Positions 60,542-64,000 of a DNA stretch of 64,000 nucleotides are shown here, piece by piece; position 1 is the stretch's first letter, and every line of letters starts with the position of its first letter. The DNA comes from Podarcis gaigeae. Taxonomy: Eukaryota. The DNA is taken from NCBI GenBank assembly GCA_964106915.2, contig OZ066926.1; one strand, 5' to 3'. The translations under genes were made by a program, and so were the position numbers. The notes beneath the pieces were generated by a model, which did not search any database, had not been told where the DNA came from, and worked only from the letters and a program-made list of their open reading frames with translations.

Positions 60542-61067
60542 TGTTGTGATTCGAGGACCCGATCCCCGCGTAGTGGAATGAAAACACACGGACACGTGAT
60601 ATAAGGGTTAATGGGCAAGAAAAGGCCACAACTTTATTGATTACAGCAAGTGAAAAGGTATTGGCTAAGGCATTGGATCACATCAGTTGACTCCACCCAC
60701 TCGGAGAGGGGTGAGTCAGAAAGGGGGTTTATTCACCAGTAGGTGGAGCCTGTTGATGCTAATCCAACTATAAGCTCTCCCCTGATGTCACCAAGGGTCA
60801 TGCCATGGCCTCCCGCCACACAGGCATCAGACAGAATACACGACCACCGGATTCCTTTAACGGAATACCCCAAAATTGAAGGCGTAGGCGATGGCCACAC
60901 CTAGCCCTTCCACACACCACAAACACATTATTCCAATGCCTAACCACCACCAGAGCCCAGAAAGGGGCTCGCCGCCAATACCCTCACGGCTGTAACCAAT
61001 CCCTAATGCTGATATTGATGCTACCTAACCACCATATATCATTCCCATTGGCCACTCGTTCATGACA
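60542..61067 (-). mobile_element. Solo LTR-like element
   Basis: TGTTGTGA...TCATGACA termini; AATAAA on the - strand near 60635; related to 43018-43390. Confidence 0.5.
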
Positions 61068-61397
61068 TTCTACAAGCCTCACTAGGTCCAATGAGCACCA
61101 ATTGCCACTGTCAGAGCCTGTTATATTCAAAACTATATTATGTACCAGGTGAGGCAGGGTCTGTGTGTCCTGAAGCTGAACAAGAAAATGTCAAACCTGC
61201 AATGTGGAAGAATGCAAATGGATCAAAGAGAGGCAGGTCCTATGTAGCTGGTTTCCACAGTAGATATAGTACATTTGATCAATGTGTTGTTTTTCCTTAT
61301 CTTATTCAAAAGTATGTTAGCAACAAACCAAAAAAACCCTTGGTGCTGTATTGATTGGGCTCACTCTCATTTGCCTTTGACCCCATTAACCAACAGT

Positions 61398-61676
61398 GTC
61401 TATGGCTGAGATTGGAGGACTAGTTGCATGCCCAGCCAGAAAGTCCCTGCCCCCAGGGAGCCTAGCTGACTGGTGGGAAGAATGAATAAACATGGCAACT
61501 GTAATGGGATTAAAAGGTAACAATTTTATTAATTTCAGATGTACGTAAAACTTGACATAGGCATTGGGCGTGTATCCCCCTCAGCCCCCTGTGGGGAACC
61601 GAGGCATGACAGGGTCTAGTTGGGAGGAAAGGTCCATAGCAAAACACTCCTCCTCCTCCTCCTCCTCCTCCTCCTC

Positions 61677-61707
<31 letters not shown>

Positions 61708-62345
61708 CGCTCTACACCCAGAGATCTCAGAGCAGTTCAGAGATGGGGAAACCCAAAAATGGGGGGGGGGGCTCTATGGCCTGCTGGCCATCTGCTTCTG
61801 GCTCTATGGACAGAGACTTCTCCCTCAAGACCCCTTTAACAGGGTACCCTGTAAATGCCACTGCTGTTGGGGGGTGGATCACCCCTCCCCCCTCCAGGTC
61901 AAAAGATAGACTAAAGTATTCCACCAAAGAACTAATCTGCCAAAATTGCAACTAGTTCCACGAGGAAGGCAAAACCTGACAATCAGGGAAAATTCCTTCC
62001 CAGCTCCGAAAAACAGCAACCATTAAGGAATCATAGGAAAGCCCACTAAGCTGGATAGGAAAAGGTTAGAAGAAAATCAGAAAAACAACAGCAATGCTAA
62101 GGGGTGGGCAGGGTGGGTGACACTACAAGGCTGACTTGGCTGCAGTGAGTTGCGTCGGCCTGATTATAAGTCCAGGAAGTAGACCTGAGTGAAGCCTGCA
62201 AAAGCTCCACCCCCCAAACCACCGTGGATTGGCAAGATGCTCTGTGGTGGCTGGGGAGGAACCCAACAGTCAGGGCAACATGGCGAGGCTCCAGGGGCTT
62301 AGGCAGACACCGTGGTGGGCCACAACTGCCACTCGCCGTGGAAGA
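61398..62345 (-). mobile_element. LTR/DIRS-like repeat containing a (CCT)n(CTT)n tract (boundaries approximate)
   Basis: GC-rich; shares the motif order AATGGG..AAAAGG..ACAA.TTTATT..AGGCATTGG and CCTTTAAC.G..TACCC with 60542-61067. Confidence 0.4.
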
Positions 62346-63681
62346 AGGGTTAAGTGGCCATTGTCACTTCACTGAATAAATGTTATAATCTAGCTCTCCT
62401 CTCATCCTTGCACTAAAATTTTGCATCGACTTGTGGGCATTCTTTCAGGTTTAATAGTTTTCCCAGGGGGTGTAAAACAAGTTTGATTGTGGGCCCCCTC
62501 CTGTATAATTTCTATATACATACTTTTTTTTCTACTGTGAATGTAGAAGCAGTAACTTTCAACAATGTTTTCAGATCAGCTGTGCTGGACTCTTGGGAGT
62601 AAGATCCCAAGACGACAAATAAGGCTTAAAAGAATGATCCTTCCCATGTCTACTGTTGCTAATTTAGTGACTATTATCCTCACATATGCAGTCTATTTAA
62701 AGGAGGGGGGGGGGAGTTACACGTACTGTGGCAAGTGCTGCAAGAAGGCTGAAAGAGCTTGGTTGAGAAGATGCATGGATTCTGACATCTTTATCATATC
62801 GTATCCTAAAGTAGCTGGAGAGGAAATTGAATCTTATCATTAAAGGTATTTTAAAATGATTTAAGGTGGTTTGGTAGTTTCCTTTTACTCTGATGTAATC
62901 TAGATGTGTCTATCAGCATTTTATTTTCTTCTCATCTATCAATTTTAAAGGGGTCTTATATACTCTTGTATGCTGATACCAGTCCTTATTAGAGTGCTCA
63001 ACTTTAAAATGAACAATGACCACCTGGTATGCTAAACACATTCCTAATTATTGTTCCAAAGGCAAATAGATGTAGCTGATGCGGATATATTGTATCATTC
63101 AACTGTGTGGATCCTTTGTGATGCGTGAATCATGGATCTGGGCTGTGTTCTGTTCCATTCAGTCTGCGTGCTGGAAGAACGATCCCAATCAAGGCTACAG
63201 CCTTTCCCCCCAGTAACTGGATAATTTGCAGCAGGTTTTTTTTCCATGTCAGAAAAATAAGAGAGTGATGACCTGAAAATCCATGCAGGCAGAACTAGAT
63301 TTGTGTTACATTTCATGGGGACGCAAATCCACCCCAGATCATTATCACCCACTGAAGTATTAGAGACATATATTGGCACAAACAGTAGCACTACTGGCCT
63401 GTGAAATTCATTAGGAGATTTTATGTCAATATAATGCATTCACTTTACTATTTATCTGTAGCCGACTACATTCAAAACAGGCTGTTGCCTTAGAATTCTG
63501 CCTTATTCGCAAACACATATATACTCTATTACTTACTATTGAAAAACATGGGTTTGAATTAGGCCACAAGCGATGGGACAGCTCTCCAAGTGACATTAAT
63601 AGCAGCTTATTTTGTGGGGTAAGGCAACTAAAGGAAGTAGTTTAAAAGCCCCCAGATAGCTTCATATTACTGTAAGATTAC

Positions 63682-63780
63682 TTGTTGTTGTTGTTGTTTA
63701 ATCGTTTAGTCGTGTCCAACTCTTTGTGACCCCATGGACCAGAGCACGCCAGGCACTCCTGTCTTCCACTGCCTCCTGCA
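63682..63780 (-). mobile_element. BovB/RTE LINE 3' end
   Basis: QEAVEDRSAWRALVHGVTKSWTRLND followed by a (CAA)n tail. Confidence 0.88.
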
Positions 63781-64000
63781 GAATCCTCCAAACATGGAGA
63801 CTGAACAAAAATATGCAATATGAGTTAATATATAAATGTTGGAGTAAAAGTGTTTGAGATACTTTAGATAATAACAGATATAGAAGCTTCAATTTACAAA
63901 CTGGCTATTTTGGCATAACCTTTAATTTCAATTGTTTTTTCACTACTTGATTAGCAAAATAATGTGGAATATATAATGAAATTTCAAGAAGCATGTTTAA

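Noticed and set aside
61564-61955. ORFs with poly-Leu/Ser/Phe resembling signal peptides (also 34703-34945 and 48518-48802)
   Set aside because: They are translations of microsatellites or low-complexity tracts.
1-64000. CRISPR array, operon or prokaryotic defence system
   Set aside because: The DNA is intron-containing vertebrate sequence, and no regularly spaced direct repeats with unique spacers were seen.

Overview
Vertebrate genomic DNA from a squamate, probably a lacertid lizard (inferred from Sauria SINEs, BovB/RTE, Penelope, CR1/L2 and squamate-type L1 remnants). The window is a chemosensory receptor cluster. From 1 to 30 kb there are three tandem + strand vomeronasal type-2 receptor (V2R, class C GPCR) genes: V2R-A is 5'-truncated by the window edge, and V2R-B and V2R-C are complete 6-exon genes of 873 aa each. 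From 33 to 40 kb there are two - strand family-6-like olfactory receptors, and from 46 to 59 kb three + strand family-14-like olfactory receptors plus OR pseudogene fragments. I found no prokaryote-type system or CRISPR array. The most unusual items are: (1) a 2.2-kb L1-derived element with a 20-bp TSD and a single 200-aa ORF lacking RT/EN; (2) a Penelope insertion with two inverted minimal hammerhead ribozymes enclosing an inverted copy of nearby intronic sequence; (3) a V2R-B/V2R-C spacer built from pieces of both OR clusters; (4) a SCAN-domain exon relic nested in an RTE LINE inside a V2R intron; (5) GC-AG introns in two V2Rs; (6) a repeated O/E plus homeodomain-like OR promoter module. All calls were made by eye from the sequence and the ORF track; no database searches were run.
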